Below, piece by piece: positions 35,854 to 47,225 of a stretch of DNA of 64,000 nt. Below the pieces are notes generated by a model that saw nothing but the letters and a program-made list of their open reading frames with translations, was not told the origin of the DNA and did no database searches. The stretch spans positions 245,895 through 309,894 of the forward strand of contig NW_005434591.1 in assembly GCF_000315625.1 (NCBI RefSeq), in the 5' to 3' direction. How positions within the stretch are numbered: the first letter of the stretch is position 1; the number at the start of each line of letters is the position of its first letter. This DNA comes from Guillardia theta CCMP2712. Taxonomy: Eukaryota > Protista > Cryptophyta. The position numbers and the translations under genes are program-made.

Positions 35854-38209
35854 ATGATGTTGATGCAGATGACGCCGAACGGAGATGGGTCGGTAGTTAT
35901 CGCAGGGTTGGGCTTGAGGCTCTCGTCGACCCCAACTGATCCCCACCAGTCCCACCCCAAGTGCTCGAGTGCGGAGGAGGGGAGGTGCTTCGTCACTGAG
36001 CTCGTGGCGGGGGGAGCGGCTGAGCGATCCAACTTGCTCAAAGTCAACGACGAGATCCTCCATGTCGACCATGTGCCCGCCCTGGGGAGGAGCGTGGTAG
36101 GAGTCTTGCCTGCCCTCCTCCTCCTCCTCCTCCTCCTCCTCCTCCTCCTCCTCCTCCTTGCCTCCTTGTGAACTTTTTGACAGATTGAGATCAAGAACTC
36201 CATCCTCGGGGTGCCCGGGACTTCCGTTCTCATCGGGATTAGGTCTTCGTCCTTCGACCGCATGACTTCGTGTCCTAACTGATCGTGCGAGCAGGAGGAA
36301 CAAAGAAGACTTCCAGCTCAGCTTCGTGCGAGGGCACACCAACAGCAAGCATGTGCGACGTTTTCGATGGCTCTCCTTGCCCTCACTTGCTTTGCAGGGC
36401 GAGAAAGAAGCCTCCGGGACCCCCACTTCGCACCCTCCCAGCTCTGGGAATGCCACCCGACCCACGCCCAAGGCTCTTTTCCGCAGCCCAGGTGAGAAAG
36501 TTGAGGAGGAAGAGGAGGAGAGAGGATGGTTGAAGGGCAGGGAGGAGGAGGAGGAGGAGGAGGACCATGACGAGATGGATCAGGTCTCATGCAGAAGGAG
36601 CAAAGCAGCTTCTCTCCCGTCAAGTCTTCGCTCCTGGATGCTGTGCGATCGGGGGAGATGGACCAGGTGGCGAGGTTGGCGTCAGAAATCGCGAGGCTGG
36701 CGCAGCAGGGGAAGATGAACCAGGTCCGCGACCTCGTCCTCTCCGAGCAGGCAGACGCTCGGGACTTCACCTTCTCCCCCAAGTCCATCAGTGTGGCCCA
36801 GTCCTTCTCTCCCGGAAGCTTTGATACCTGCCAGGTCTGTCAAACAATCCCCGCTCCTCCTCCTCCTCCTCCTCCTCCTCCTCCTCCTCCTCCTCTCACC
36901 TCGTCTACACCAGGTGCCCACCCTCCTCTTCGACGGCGAGAGCCCGATGCCTACCAGCAAGGAGTCCTTCGAGGTGCGGAGGGCGAGGGAGATGGTGCAG
37001 CTCATCGAGCCCCTCATGGACCATACCGCCAACAACACGCAGCCTCCTCCCGTCGACCGCGAGATGCTGAAGAACCTCGTGCTCGACGTGGCCGAGGCTG
37101 CAGCTAACATCCAGCTGAAGGAGCCGCGGATGCTCGAGATCCCGGCCCCCTGCTACGTGCTGGGGGACATCCACGGGAACCTGCTGGACTTGACCTTCTT
37201 CCGTAGGATCCTCTGGCCGGCAGGCCCGGAGGCGCAGGGTGCGGACTTTCTGTTCCTCGGGGACTTTGTGGACCGGGGGGCGGACAGCTTGCCGGTGGTG
37301 GCGTACATGATGGCGCAGAAGGTACTGAACCCGAGGAAGTGGTGGATGATAAGGGGGAACCACGAGACTCGGGAGGTGAACGGCAACATCAAGACGTACA
37401 GGGAGGGCTCGTTCCTCCACCAGTGCCTGAGGATCTTCGGAGACGCGGACGGACGGACGGTGTGGGAGAGCGTTAACTGCTTCTTCGACACCCTCCCCCT
37501 CGCCGCCCGCGTCGCCAACCGAGTCTTCTGCGTTCATGGTGGCATCCCCAAGGAGCTCTGCCAGCCCGGGGCGAGCCTGGAGATGGTGAACGAGACGCCC
37601 AACCCCCTCAAGCTCGTCCGGCGCGGCGACATGGTCCACTCCATGCTGTGGTCGGACCCGGTGCCGCCCGACCGGGAGACGGCGGTGGAGGTACAGCAGC
37701 AGCTGGACAGCCAGGGGTTCGGGCTGTCGTCACGAGGATGCTCGTGCTTCGGGGAGAAGACGCTCGATATCTTCATGGAGCAGCACCGGGTGAGCTACGT
37801 GTTCCGAGGACACGAGGCGCAGCAGCACGGCATCGGGCTGTCGAGGAGCACGCGGCTATGCACTATCTTCTCAACGAGCAAGGATCACTTCGCTCCCGAG
37901 GTCAAGACAACCTGCGGGTGCGTGCTTGTCAACAGGGATGGGATCCTTCCGATCGTGCGCGGGCAGCCGCAGCAGCCGAAGGGGAGCAAGACGTTGGGCA
38001 TGCGGCAGGGGAGGCTGCCGCTACAGCAGATCGACGGGAACACTAACAGGAACAAGATGGGAGTGAAGTTGGAGGAGCTGGAAAAAAGTAAGGAAGATGC
38101 TAGATTGTTTGTGTGTTGACGTTGTTTGTTATTCTTTGAATCATCATAAAGCTTTAAAGTTGTTGTTGGTCACTTTTCTGCTGCAGGTTACGTCGGCGAG
38201 CTGGTTTGA
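35854..38209 (+). CDS. PPP-family Ser/Thr protein phosphatase with an N-terminal PDZ domain (multi-exon)
   Basis: Catalytic motifs GDIHG, GDFVDRG, RGNHE, HGG, WSDP and RGHE in ORF 36791..38119. Upstream exons give GLGLRL..FVTELVAGGAAERSNLLKVNDEILHVD..IKNSILGVPGTSVLIGIRR (PDZ). Start approximate. The stop is either 38119 (unspliced) or 38209 through intron 38088-38186. Confidence 0.85.
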
Positions 38210-39428
38210 AGCTGAGGGAGAAATCTAGCAGTTGTTCTTTTGTTGTTGTAAATACATCATATGAAACACTTCGAATTTCTTTCCGATGCCTCACTTCTCC
38301 TCTCGTTCAACTTTCCTTGATCCTCCTCCTCTTCCTCCTCCTCCTCCTCTCGTTCATCTTGGATGTTCTCTCCTCGTATGCTCGCACCACTCTCATAAGG
38401 TCCCTTGCACCAGTTGACCTTGTGATGGTACACGAGCCTCTACCTCCATGTTTCCCTTGCTGCATTCAAAACGTTTTCACGGCAAACTTGTAATGATGTC
38501 CTCAACTCTACCGTCTGTCTCCTTCCCTCCTTCCCTCCTTCCCTCCTTCCCTCCTTCCCTCCTTCCCTTCGTTCCTCTTCTCTTACCTGCCTGCCTGCCT
38601 GCCTGCCTGCCTCCCTCCCTCCCTCGCTCCCCTCCCCCTTTCATCTCTACTGTAGCACCGCGTTGCTACCAGGATGCCGCCCAGGCAGTAGATGATGAAT
38701 TTATTGACCGGAGAATAGGGAATAGGGAAGAGGGGGAGGGGGAGGGACCGGGAGGATGGAGGGGAGGGAAGGGAGGAGAGCAAATGGATAGCGTATCACA
38801 TGGTTTCCGTAGGTAAGACAGTGTGAGAGAAAGGAATGAAGAGCGTGGGGGAGAAGGAGGACACAGGAAGGGAGGAGTTGAAGCCAAGGATGTAGAGGAG
38901 CAAGTTATTGTCTCTTTGTACACATGAACAGCTGAGAGTTTTAGCATGCATGTGGGATCAGGGACAGGTCAGACTTGCATGACGGTGAGAGAAAAGTTCC
39001 AATGAGACCGAGTACATAGCAGAGGATGATGAGGGGCAAGATTAAGAGAAAGATGATGAAGAGAAAGATTAAGGTGATACAAATGAATCTGAAAGAGGTA
39101 AAACATGCATTCTCTCTCACTACCCATCTTCCTCTCCCTCCCTCTCCCTATGTCCCTCACACATTACATACACATGTTTGATCGAAGATCAGTCTTGTCA
39201 GAGGTTGCATCCTGTAAACTTATTTGAGAACAAGAGAGAGGCATTTCAATCATGGTCTATGTCAACAACAGTGTCAAGTTCTCATACAAGTTTACTTCAA
39301 AACATCATCACCGCCATCATCTCAACCACTTCAAACATACTACATCATCCTCAATTCTATCTCTTTGTTCTTCACTTTAATCTGATCGGTTCAGCTCTTG
39401 ACCAAGAAAGCTTGAATCTTGTATCCTC

Positions 39429-39757
39429 ATGCCTTCTGCGTGGAGTCAGACGCAGCAATTCTTCCATCTGCTCCTCGCCTTCGCATTCATCATCGTCCTC
39501 TCCCAGGTCTCCACGGCCTGCAGCGTCTGGTGCCTGACAGGAGGAGCAGGTTGCCGGAGCAGTGGTTGCCGTCCTTGTTGCGTTTGTGGGGATGGTGGTA
39601 TGGATGTAAGTGAAGTCGCTCCCTGACGGCTCCCTGACGGCTGTCAAGGTATCGCATCCTCGATCACGACGATCAGTACTACGTTGAGACGGGCAAGCGC
39701 GTGACCGACCGCGACTATGGAGACGTTCGCAGCGAAGCCGAGAGGAGGAAACTCTAA
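39429..39757 (+). CDS. 80-aa small membrane protein (3 exons)
   Basis: Removing two 43-nt introns (39507-39549 and 39606-39648, both with CTGAC) gives MPSAWSQTQQFFHLLLAFAFIIVLSQVAGAVVAVLVAFVGMVVWMYRILDHDDQYYVETGKRVTDRDYGDVRSEAERRKL*. Confidence 0.7.
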
Positions 39758-39986
39758 TGGTTACTCCTGCTGCAGCGAACGCTCTGGGGGTAACAGGTGG
39801 TGCAATGAGATCCGAGGAGGAGGTTTGCGGTGGGAGTGCGGAGGAGGAAACAAGCAAACACGTCGATATTCTTTGTGATCGAATGGAAGACGAAAGAAAG
39901 AATCAAACACAAACCAAGTCAACAAAAACTCTTCTCATCCCCACATTAGCAACTGATCGCCAGAGGCTCCGGTAGGTCTCTCGACC

Positions 39987-40964
39987 TCAGTGCATGATGC
40001 CTCGAATGTCTGTCTCAGTCAGAGGACGGTCGTACACCCGGAAGTCATCGACGAGGCCCTTGAGGTAGTTTGTGCTCCATTCCTTCACCTTTAGCATGTT
40101 GTTGATCGCTCCTGGCGTGTCCTGTACCTTCCTGGCGTCCAACCCTCCCGACCACTCAACACCTCGCACGCTGTTGCCCTGCTGGTCGTACCTCACAGTC
40201 CGCTTGCCGAGGAAGGAGAGCTCTTTGCTACAGCTCCCGGCGTCGGCGAGCATGAGGACTCTGGACCCGTCCAGGTACATCACGACGGTATCCCCCGCAA
40301 ACACAAAGGCGAGGTGGTGCCAGGATAGGTGATCCCAGCCTTTGAGCGAGTTTCCCGCGTACCCGTCAGGCAAAGCAAGGTGCCAATGACCGCACCAGTA
40401 TCCTCCCCAGTGAGCAGGGCCGATACGTCCCATGACGAACGCGCTTCCTCCTACCAGGCTGAGGTCCCAGCCCCTCGAGCTGTCTCTCGACCCGTACTCC
40501 TTGTACCACATGGCCACCGTCCCATCGTGAATCTGCACGGGGTCGAACCTGACGGCACTGCCGCACGTGGCTGACTGAGTGATGTACTTGCTGAGCATCT
40601 CAATCCGCTTCTGATTGCTGTAGAAGCAGTCTGTCTTCTGCCCTGGCGCAAGTGAGTTGTATGACTTGACTGCATCCGTGTACTCGCAGTCATCGCGGTA
40701 GGTGCTCGTGTCTCGTGGGCAGGATGCGGCGAAGTAAACTGCAAGGCCAACGGCTCCTTGCTGTCCTGACCTCGGACAGGAAGCGCCTGAAAGTCGGCAG
40801 TCAGCATTCTTGTTGTGGCTCGAGGAATCCTGGAAGGAACTCTGACCCCCGGTTTCATCGAACTTCAAGTGGATCAGGAGTTCTTGACACTCTGCTCCTG
40901 CTACCAGCATGAGGAAGAGGCAGAGAGGGAACTTCAACACGGCCAACGACATGTTGTTGTTCAA
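39987..40964 (-). CDS. Secreted LamG/concanavalin A-like lectin-fold protein
   Basis: Signal peptide, then HLKFDETGGQSSFQDSS, WHHLAFVF..MYLDG and GLVDDFRVYDRPLTETDI, which are typical LamG-like jellyroll motifs. Intronless. Confidence 0.85.
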   Translation of the reverse strand: MNNNMSLAVLKFPLCLFLMLVAGAECQELLIHLKFDETGGQSSFQDSSSHNKNADCRLSGASCPRSGQQGAVGLAVYFAASCPRDTSTYRDDCEYTDAVKSYNSLAPGQKTDCFYSNQKRIEMLSKYITQSATCGSAVRFDPVQIHDGTVAMWYKEYGSRDSSRGWDLSLVGGSAFVMGRIGPAHWGGYWCGHWHLALPDGYAGNSLKGWDHLSWHHLAFVFAGDTVVMYLDGSRVLMLADAGSCSKELSFLGKRTVRYDQQGNSVRGVEWSGGLDARKVQDTPGAINNMLKVKEWSTNYLKGLVDDFRVYDRPLTETDIRGIMH

Positions 40965-41351
40965 GTTGATGAATTCTCACGAGGAATCGATGTTGCTGTT
41001 GCTGTTGCTGTTGCCGTTCTTGTCGCCAGACTTGTTGTTCCTCTTGTTCCTCTTGTTCCTCTTGTTCCTCTTGTCCTCTTGTTCTCCTCGTACGGTCTCT
41101 TCTTCTCCTCTTCCCCTCCTCTCTCTCTCTGAGCCCAGTCCCTTCTGCCCTCCTCGTCAGTCCCCGTCGTCTCCGTCCGTTGAGGATGACAGCCAACCAT
41201 CACTACCCCACCACCTCCCATGCTTACCACCCCTCCTCTCACCACCCCTCCATATCCCCACCAAATGAGCAGGGGTCCCATTCGCCGAATCGGGAGCGGC
41301 AAGGCAGGTCGAGCTAGAGAGCAGGAGCAAGGTGAAGACTAGCCGCCGACG

Positions 41352-41570
41352 ATGTGGAGCTTGCTGTGGAGTTGGGAGGAGGCACATGACCCGTTGGCGG
41401 GACCCTATGGCTACTCCAATGGTCCTGGAACGGGCTCAGTGATCGCTCCTCCTTCACTCCTCAATGGCTCGCAGCAACGGTCTCAATACTCGTCTCAGCA
41501 GGCATCACAAGACAACGGAGCATGTCGTGAGGGCGACGACCGTTACGGATGTTTCACTGGCGATTATTGA
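41352..41570 (+). CDS. Possible 72-aa small protein
   Basis: ATG-to-stop ORF (MWSLLWSWEEAHDPLAGPYGY...) just downstream of a TACCCC/ACCCC cluster. No family recognised. Confidence 0.35.
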   Translation: MWSLLWSWEEAHDPLAGPYGYSNGPGTGSVIAPPSLLNGSQQRSQYSSQQASQDNGACREGDDRYGCFTGDY

Positions 41571-41765
41571 GGCTCACGACGGAGAAGCATGGATCACATT
41601 TGAATCCAGCACAGCATGCATGTAGAAGAACTTCGAGATAATCTGCGTCTTGTGTTTGACTTGGTGCTGATTGCACTGCACATACACACATTGCAGCAGT
41701 ATCCGAGAACAGTAGAGGACATAGGTTTGTGATGACAGTACAGTAGATACGTCGTTTAATAAACA

Positions 41766-43019
41766 TTAATTTCCATACACAGGCACCGCGGTCGATACAC
41801 CATCATATTTGGCTGTAGCTGTCATCGTTGATGCCGGCTTTTGCACATCTGTTGAGTAGCCAATAGTATCGAGCCCATACCTGATACATATGAGAATGCA
41901 CCCATGTCGAAAGCTACAAGGCATACCTCTTCACAAAGCTAGCAAACCAGATGTTGTTTGCCTTGAAGTCTGCCAACAGCGCGTGAGCATTTCAACCTCC
42001 ACAACAAGATGCCACCTGTCACTGACTTCAACACTGCAAGCTCCTGTGCCTTCTCCATGGTAGAGGACATGGTCATAGGAGGTCTCAAGTGAGGGTTTGC
42101 AGCTGCGAGGTCTTTCAACCACTTGTGAAGCTCATCTTCGATCTGCCATCGAGTCAGACGGACACAGATTCAGAATCCGCAGGTTGCAACACATACCGCT
42201 GGGAACTTGGGCAAATGCGCTTTTGTGAGTTTTAAGTCCAGTCCGAGATCTCTTGCTTTCTTCAACTTGTTGAGGTAATTAGGTTTCATCATCTGCGAGA
42301 TGTATGATCTGCAGCAGCCCAACATGTCCATAGCCTCTTTCGCAGTGATTTCCTTCACGAGAGTCAAACAGGCCTCAATCTGTGATATCCTCTCACGATA
42401 CCTTGCTCTCGAGCTTCAAGGCTACTTCCAGGCGTTCTCCAAGGGATATTCTCTTTTCTTTTTCCCTTCTCCTGCTACACCATGAGCTACCAAAAAACGA
42501 TCACATCGATGCATCAATTACGCTTGCTTAGCTCGCATTCCAGCTGAAACTGCAGCTCTCGCCCCAGGAGCACGCTTTCCGAATCTACATGTTGCAATCA
42601 TTGAGGGAGTTGAGACTGCACGGAGCTCACCGTCGGTCGATCTTCTTGTTCGCCTCTTCAGCTGAGACGTCTCTCGTAAGAGTTACTGTAGTTCCTCCTC
42701 CCGTGGTCAGAGTCACAGTGGACCCCGTTGGTCCGATGAGTTTCGCGGCGACGAGGGTTGCATCAAGGCCTTCCACTGAATCGTCATCAATCTTAGCAAC
42801 CACGTCACCGATCTGCAATTCTGTCTGTGCTGCGCTCTTGTCCTCCTTGATTCCAGTTATTGTCAGCTTTCCTTCCATGTTGGGCCAAAGCATGAGGCCT
42901 ACTGTACTTTGATCCTCAGCAAGAGGAGGTAACGGCTTTGGCGGAGGAGGCATGGGAGCAGCAGCATGGAGGCCAGCAGCATGCCAATCAGCTCTCATGA
43001 ACTGATGTGGAGGAGGCAT
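41766..43019 (-). CDS. PDZ domain fused to a CENP-B/pogo-type tandem helix-turn-helix DNA-binding module (321 aa, 7 exons)
   Basis: Introns 42585-42630, 42475-42521, 42353-42401, 42143-42196, 41970-42015 and 41881-41926 (46-54 nt, all GT-AG) leave a 966-nt frame. It reads as a PDZ (VGLML..ITGIKEDKSAAQTELQIGDVVAKIDD..LIGPTGSTVTLT), then KRISLGERLEVALKLESKEITAKEAMDMLGCCRSYISQMM, then PKFPAIEDELHKWL..TMEKAQELA..DFKANNIWFASFVKRYGL. Confidence 0.8.
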
Positions 43020-44039
43020 GATTGCGGTGTTGGATGGTATAGAACACCAGAAGAAGTGATTGGCGGTCCTGATATGACAGTCTGTGACACGGTTGACAGG
43101 TGCATCGTTTCACTCTCGCTGGCCTGCGAGGAAGCAGCTTTCCACAGAGACATTTGTGCTAATTCCTAATGGACGCTGACTTGATATAGGCCAAAGAAGA
43201 CGATTGGATGAGATAGGACACAATCCAGGCGAAGAAATAAGCAGTCCTGTCGAGAGAGAAAGATAGATGTCTGCATAACAAACAGTGAATAATGATAACA
43301 AAACAATGATCAGTTCAAGAAGAGGCCTCGATGTAACAGATCACTACTATGCATTAAAAGTCGAGTACATCGACATCTACCCTACCAGGAGAATGCTTTG
43401 AAAAAGCAACAATTTCATCGAACGAATACAAGAGTAGCCTCAAAATTCATAATTAGATGCTTGCTATGCCATGATTCGTGATGGAGAGAAACGATCTCAG
43501 AAGTCAGTGAGTGGAGATCTGATGGTGAACGACAAAAAATCTTCCCATGGTTTGAAAATTCACCAACAATCAGATCATTTGCAAAAGAAATGGTGAAAAT
43601 CGAACAAAACAAATATGGACACTGCATCAATGAAGAAAGGAAGGAATGCTATTTGACCAAAGCATGCTGGAACGAGGAATGAGAGGAGAGAGAGAGAGAT
43701 GAACAAAGTGATACGAAGACAGACTGGTGGAGCAGATGATGGAAGTGAATGTAAGGAACAGATCATGAACATAATTTCACAACAGAAAGAATCAGATTCC
43801 GCCGTAGACGCGCGGCATTGCCGGGGGGCGCAGGAGAAACCATGTTGATACAGAACCACCTTTCTCCGGACCCCTCACCCCCTTGATGAGCGTTTTACTT
43901 CCCATTCTTCGATTAGGTACGATGATTGCTTGATTAACATATAATCGTACATAGAGAATCGTAGACCTTGGTAGCCATAAGAACAAGCCTTGTCACCTTT
44001 TAGTTATGGGGTGGTATATTGCAGTGGGTGGGGTGGTGA

Positions 44040-44640
44040 TGCTTGTTGGATTTGAATATTATAACATTGTACTAGGAGTGGGTCAATTATGTACGATTCC
44101 CTATTGTCATACAGAAATAATACTGGTACTAAAAAGAGTTATATTTGTTACTGTGAAGGTTGTAACTGTTAGTTTATGGTATTACCAGTGTGATACCTTT
44201 TCAATAGTTGATTTAATCAGATACAAAAATAATACCATTATCAACAAGTTGTATAAAATTGGTACTGATTATTGTACATAAATTATCTGTCACTCGTAAT
44301 ATCAGTACAAACTAATAACTTTTCTCGATTCTTTGGGTACAAAGTGTTTGTGACTAAAACAATATAAAACAATTTAATCTGTTTACTGACCCATCATGTT
44401 ACTACCACAGCTCACACAACTAACTACCAATCGGTATCGTTATCCTACTGTTTTTGATTGAGTCACTTCTATCTCGATACACATTTATATCAATTTATTG
44501 AAGCTTTTGTATATGAATTTCACTTCGCTTCAGTACTACACTTTCTTCTGTCGTACAGAGTTGAGTTGAAAAATTGCTCACACCAAAATCAATTTTTATA
44601 TTCCCTTACGAATATATTGGTCAAATTAAATAATTTTCAC
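44040..44640. other. AT-rich non-coding block abutting a GC-rich island
   Basis: Visibly much lower GC than the surroundings, with repeated GTAC words and no convincing ORF. Confidence 0.7.
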
Positions 44641-45115
44641 CGGATCAGCAATGCACGATGATCCGCCGATCAAGGATGACGCGATGATCCTGGGCCCAAA
44701 CTTTGAAGCCGGTTCCGAAACTTGGCGGCCGCTATCCCGGAAGCCTTCGCCGAGCGCCCAGCGGCCGTGTTGGAAGCCTGCCAGGAAGGTCCCGGGTACC
44801 GTCACTGGGCTCACTGCTCAGCGGTACGGTACTACGGTACGGTACGCCGGTCCGATCCGACCCGTCACGGCCCCGGAGTCGCCGGAGTGACTGCCGGGAC
44901 CGTACTTTACTCTCGGATCCCACTGAGGCTCGGAGGTCTGTGAGCCTGGGCTCATCTCGAGCAGGCGAAATAAATAGAAAATCTGGTTTGGCAAGTTGAG
45001 AAAAAGCCAACTAGTAAGCCTGAAGTTGATGACCGCCCAAACTTGAAGTGAACTCCATGGTGAGTTGACGAATACTTTTTATTCGGTAAAACACCGACTT
45101 AATTATTGATTCAAG

Positions 45116-46618
45116 TTAAAATGTACACACGCGCTCCAATCCTTCAAGCGGCGGACTTCCCTTTGGTTTGCAACCTTGTTCGCTCGAGTTTGCCCCAGAG
45201 AACAAAACTTTTCTCTTCTCCCACAAGTATCGGAGCACGCTGTTTTTGTGCTTGGTCGGTGTGGCTGCTGACTGTTGGTTTGGCTGCTTTGTACCTCTGC
45301 TATCGACCTGCTCCTCCGCATGGTTGTTGCTGACATCTCTGTTATCTTGATCGCTCTGATTGGACTCCGTCCTATGATTCATGTGCATGCCCCTGTGGTT
45401 GATACTTTCTGTAATCATGTAGGCCAGCTTCTCAGAATACTCCTTGTCCCCGTATTCTGATTCCCGTTTGCTGATGTCAGCGTTGAAACCCCCAATCCTC
45501 TTCCGGCCCATCTCATGCAGTATGTCCTGAATGTCTTCCAAGAAATTCTGCTGAGGGCCAATCACACTGCCCGGCCGACAGATTCTCACCCAAGCAATGG
45601 CTTCCGCTGCTGTGAAGGTGTAATGCTTCATGATGTAAATAGCGATTAAAGTTCCCGTCCTTCCTAATCCTGCAAGACAATGCACAGCAATGGTCTTGTT
45701 TGTGTTTTCCGCTATCCTAAGGAATCGGTCAATCACCTGTGCAGGAGGTATGGTACAGTCTGGAAACACGAGGTCGTGGTGTTCGAACCCTCCTTTCAGA
45801 AATTCTTCCTTGGGATACTCAGCGGAATTCAATCGCACGATTGTGCTGACGTCATGGCATCGGAAAACTTCGAAGTAGTCTGAAGGGATGAAGCACAACG
45901 CATCGTTGCTCGTCCGCTTCCCCCTCGGCCCTCGAAACGCCAAGAACTTGCCGGGAACCACCTCATGCATGTCTCCATTGCAGGGGTCCTCGTAATAGAA
46001 GTACTCTTCCTTGTGAAACTCAGCAGGCTTGTAAAGTCCTGCCGCAACGGCTTTGATCAAAGCGGACCAGCAGTCTTCCAACTTGAGGTCATAGGTACTC
46101 TTGACCCATGTAGCATCGCGATAAGGTCGCAGAACCCCCCGTGGCAAACCAGAGAAAATGTGCATTACGTCAAGAACAGAAGCACCCATGTTAAGGACAA
46201 GAAATGCTCCCAAAAGATATACTGCATTTGTCACATGCTCTTTCTCCATGGCTGAGTAAAAGACGATCTTTTTCTTCTCGTAGGCCTTGTCAGATAGCAA
46301 GGTCATCAAGATGTCACAGAAATGGTGGGTTGTTCCCAGATTGAAAGGACCAAAATCAGCGCAAAATGGTGCATATCGCAGTTTCTTGTTCATCGTGAAG
46401 TACTTGTACTCTTCATCCGACACAGGGCTTGAACGCAGGCACGTAAAGTACAGTCTACCTTCAAGGACAGGCATCAATGTTGAGAAAGGATCCGCTGCAC
46501 AATTTGAGAGGAAGAATGGGACTTCATTCTGTTCGTTCAGGAAGAGGAGTATACTCTTGCTAGCAACGGGAGTAGCGGCTGACGAAAGCGCATCCTCCAT
46601 TGCCCCCCCTTCACGCAT
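45116..46618 (-). CDS. CDC14: Cdc14-family dual-specificity phosphatase (intronless, 500 aa)
   Basis: N-terminal DSPn block (YAPFCADFGPFNLG, PYRDA), VPGKFLAFRGP, catalytic VHCLAGLGRTGTLI and WVRICRPGSVIGPQQNFL. Confidence 0.93.
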   Translation of the reverse strand: MREGGAMEDALSSAATPVASKSILLFLNEQNEVPFFLSNCAADPFSTLMPVLEGRLYFTCLRSSPVSDEEYKYFTMNKKLRYAPFCADFGPFNLGTTHHFCDILMTLLSDKAYEKKKIVFYSAMEKEHVTNAVYLLGAFLVLNMGASVLDVMHIFSGLPRGVLRPYRDATWVKSTYDLKLEDCWSALIKAVAAGLYKPAEFHKEEYFYYEDPCNGDMHEVVPGKFLAFRGPRGKRTSNDALCFIPSDYFEVFRCHDVSTIVRLNSAEYPKEEFLKGGFEHHDLVFPDCTIPPAQVIDRFLRIAENTNKTIAVHCLAGLGRTGTLIAIYIMKHYTFTAAEAIAWVRICRPGSVIGPQQNFLEDIQDILHEMGRKRIGGFNADISKRESEYGDKEYSEKLAYMITESINHRGMHMNHRTESNQSDQDNRDVSNNHAEEQVDSRGTKQPNQQSAATPTKHKNSVLRYLWEKRKVLFSGANSSEQGCKPKGSPPLEGLERVCTF

Positions 46619-46629
46619 GTTCGTAACCT

Positions 46630-47125
46630 GTACCTACGCTGAACCCCCACCCTCTTTTAATGAACCCCCCGAATGATCTCATCACCCGCCTAGAAGTAGC
46701 TGGTCCCCTTCGTCTATAACCCCTACCCCCTATTGATCACCCTTACCCAGTACACTCTACCGGTAGTCATTCCCACTCCTATATCAACATGATTTTTCTT
46801 CCCGTGCTCCCCCTTTTGTGTACCACCACCACCCATGGTTGGTTCGTAGAGTACCCACCCCTATCATGGGACTGTTGCAAGGGCTACCTGTTGATTGTGT
46901 GCTCTGCCTAACTCCCTACAAATTCACCCCCAAAAGGGGGTAGTCAGTATACAGTAGGGTGGGGTGGGTGAATATTACAATCCCCCACCCAATCCCTGAA
47001 ATTAACAGGACTTGACCCCACCACCACAAACAATAATAATTAACTAACTACCCCACCCCTTCATACACTTTCTACCACCCCACAGGGTCCTAACTCGGAC
47101 AACAATCTCGAGTACCCCCACCCCT
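46630..47125. promoter_or_regulatory. TACCCC-rich putative promoter of CDC14
   Basis: Dense ACCCC/TACCC/GGGGT words immediately upstream of the ATG at 46618. Confidence 0.5.
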
Positions 47126-47225
47126 CCGCCAAGAGCACGCAGTACGTCTCTGTGGCTGCAGTAGTACAGGCTCGTGGCCCTTTGCCAGTACGTACCGGCC
47201 GAGTCAAAACCTCGCATTTAGAAAC

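Noticed and set aside
39429-39626. Cys-rich secreted peptide (65-aa ORF as listed)
   Set aside because: The cysteines come from reading through an intron and out of frame. The spliced 80-aa model fits the splice signals better.
41766-42470. Active pogo/Tc5 transposon
   Set aside because: Only the HTH DNA-binding part is present. There is no DDE domain, no flanking TIR/TSD was seen, and it has multiple introns.
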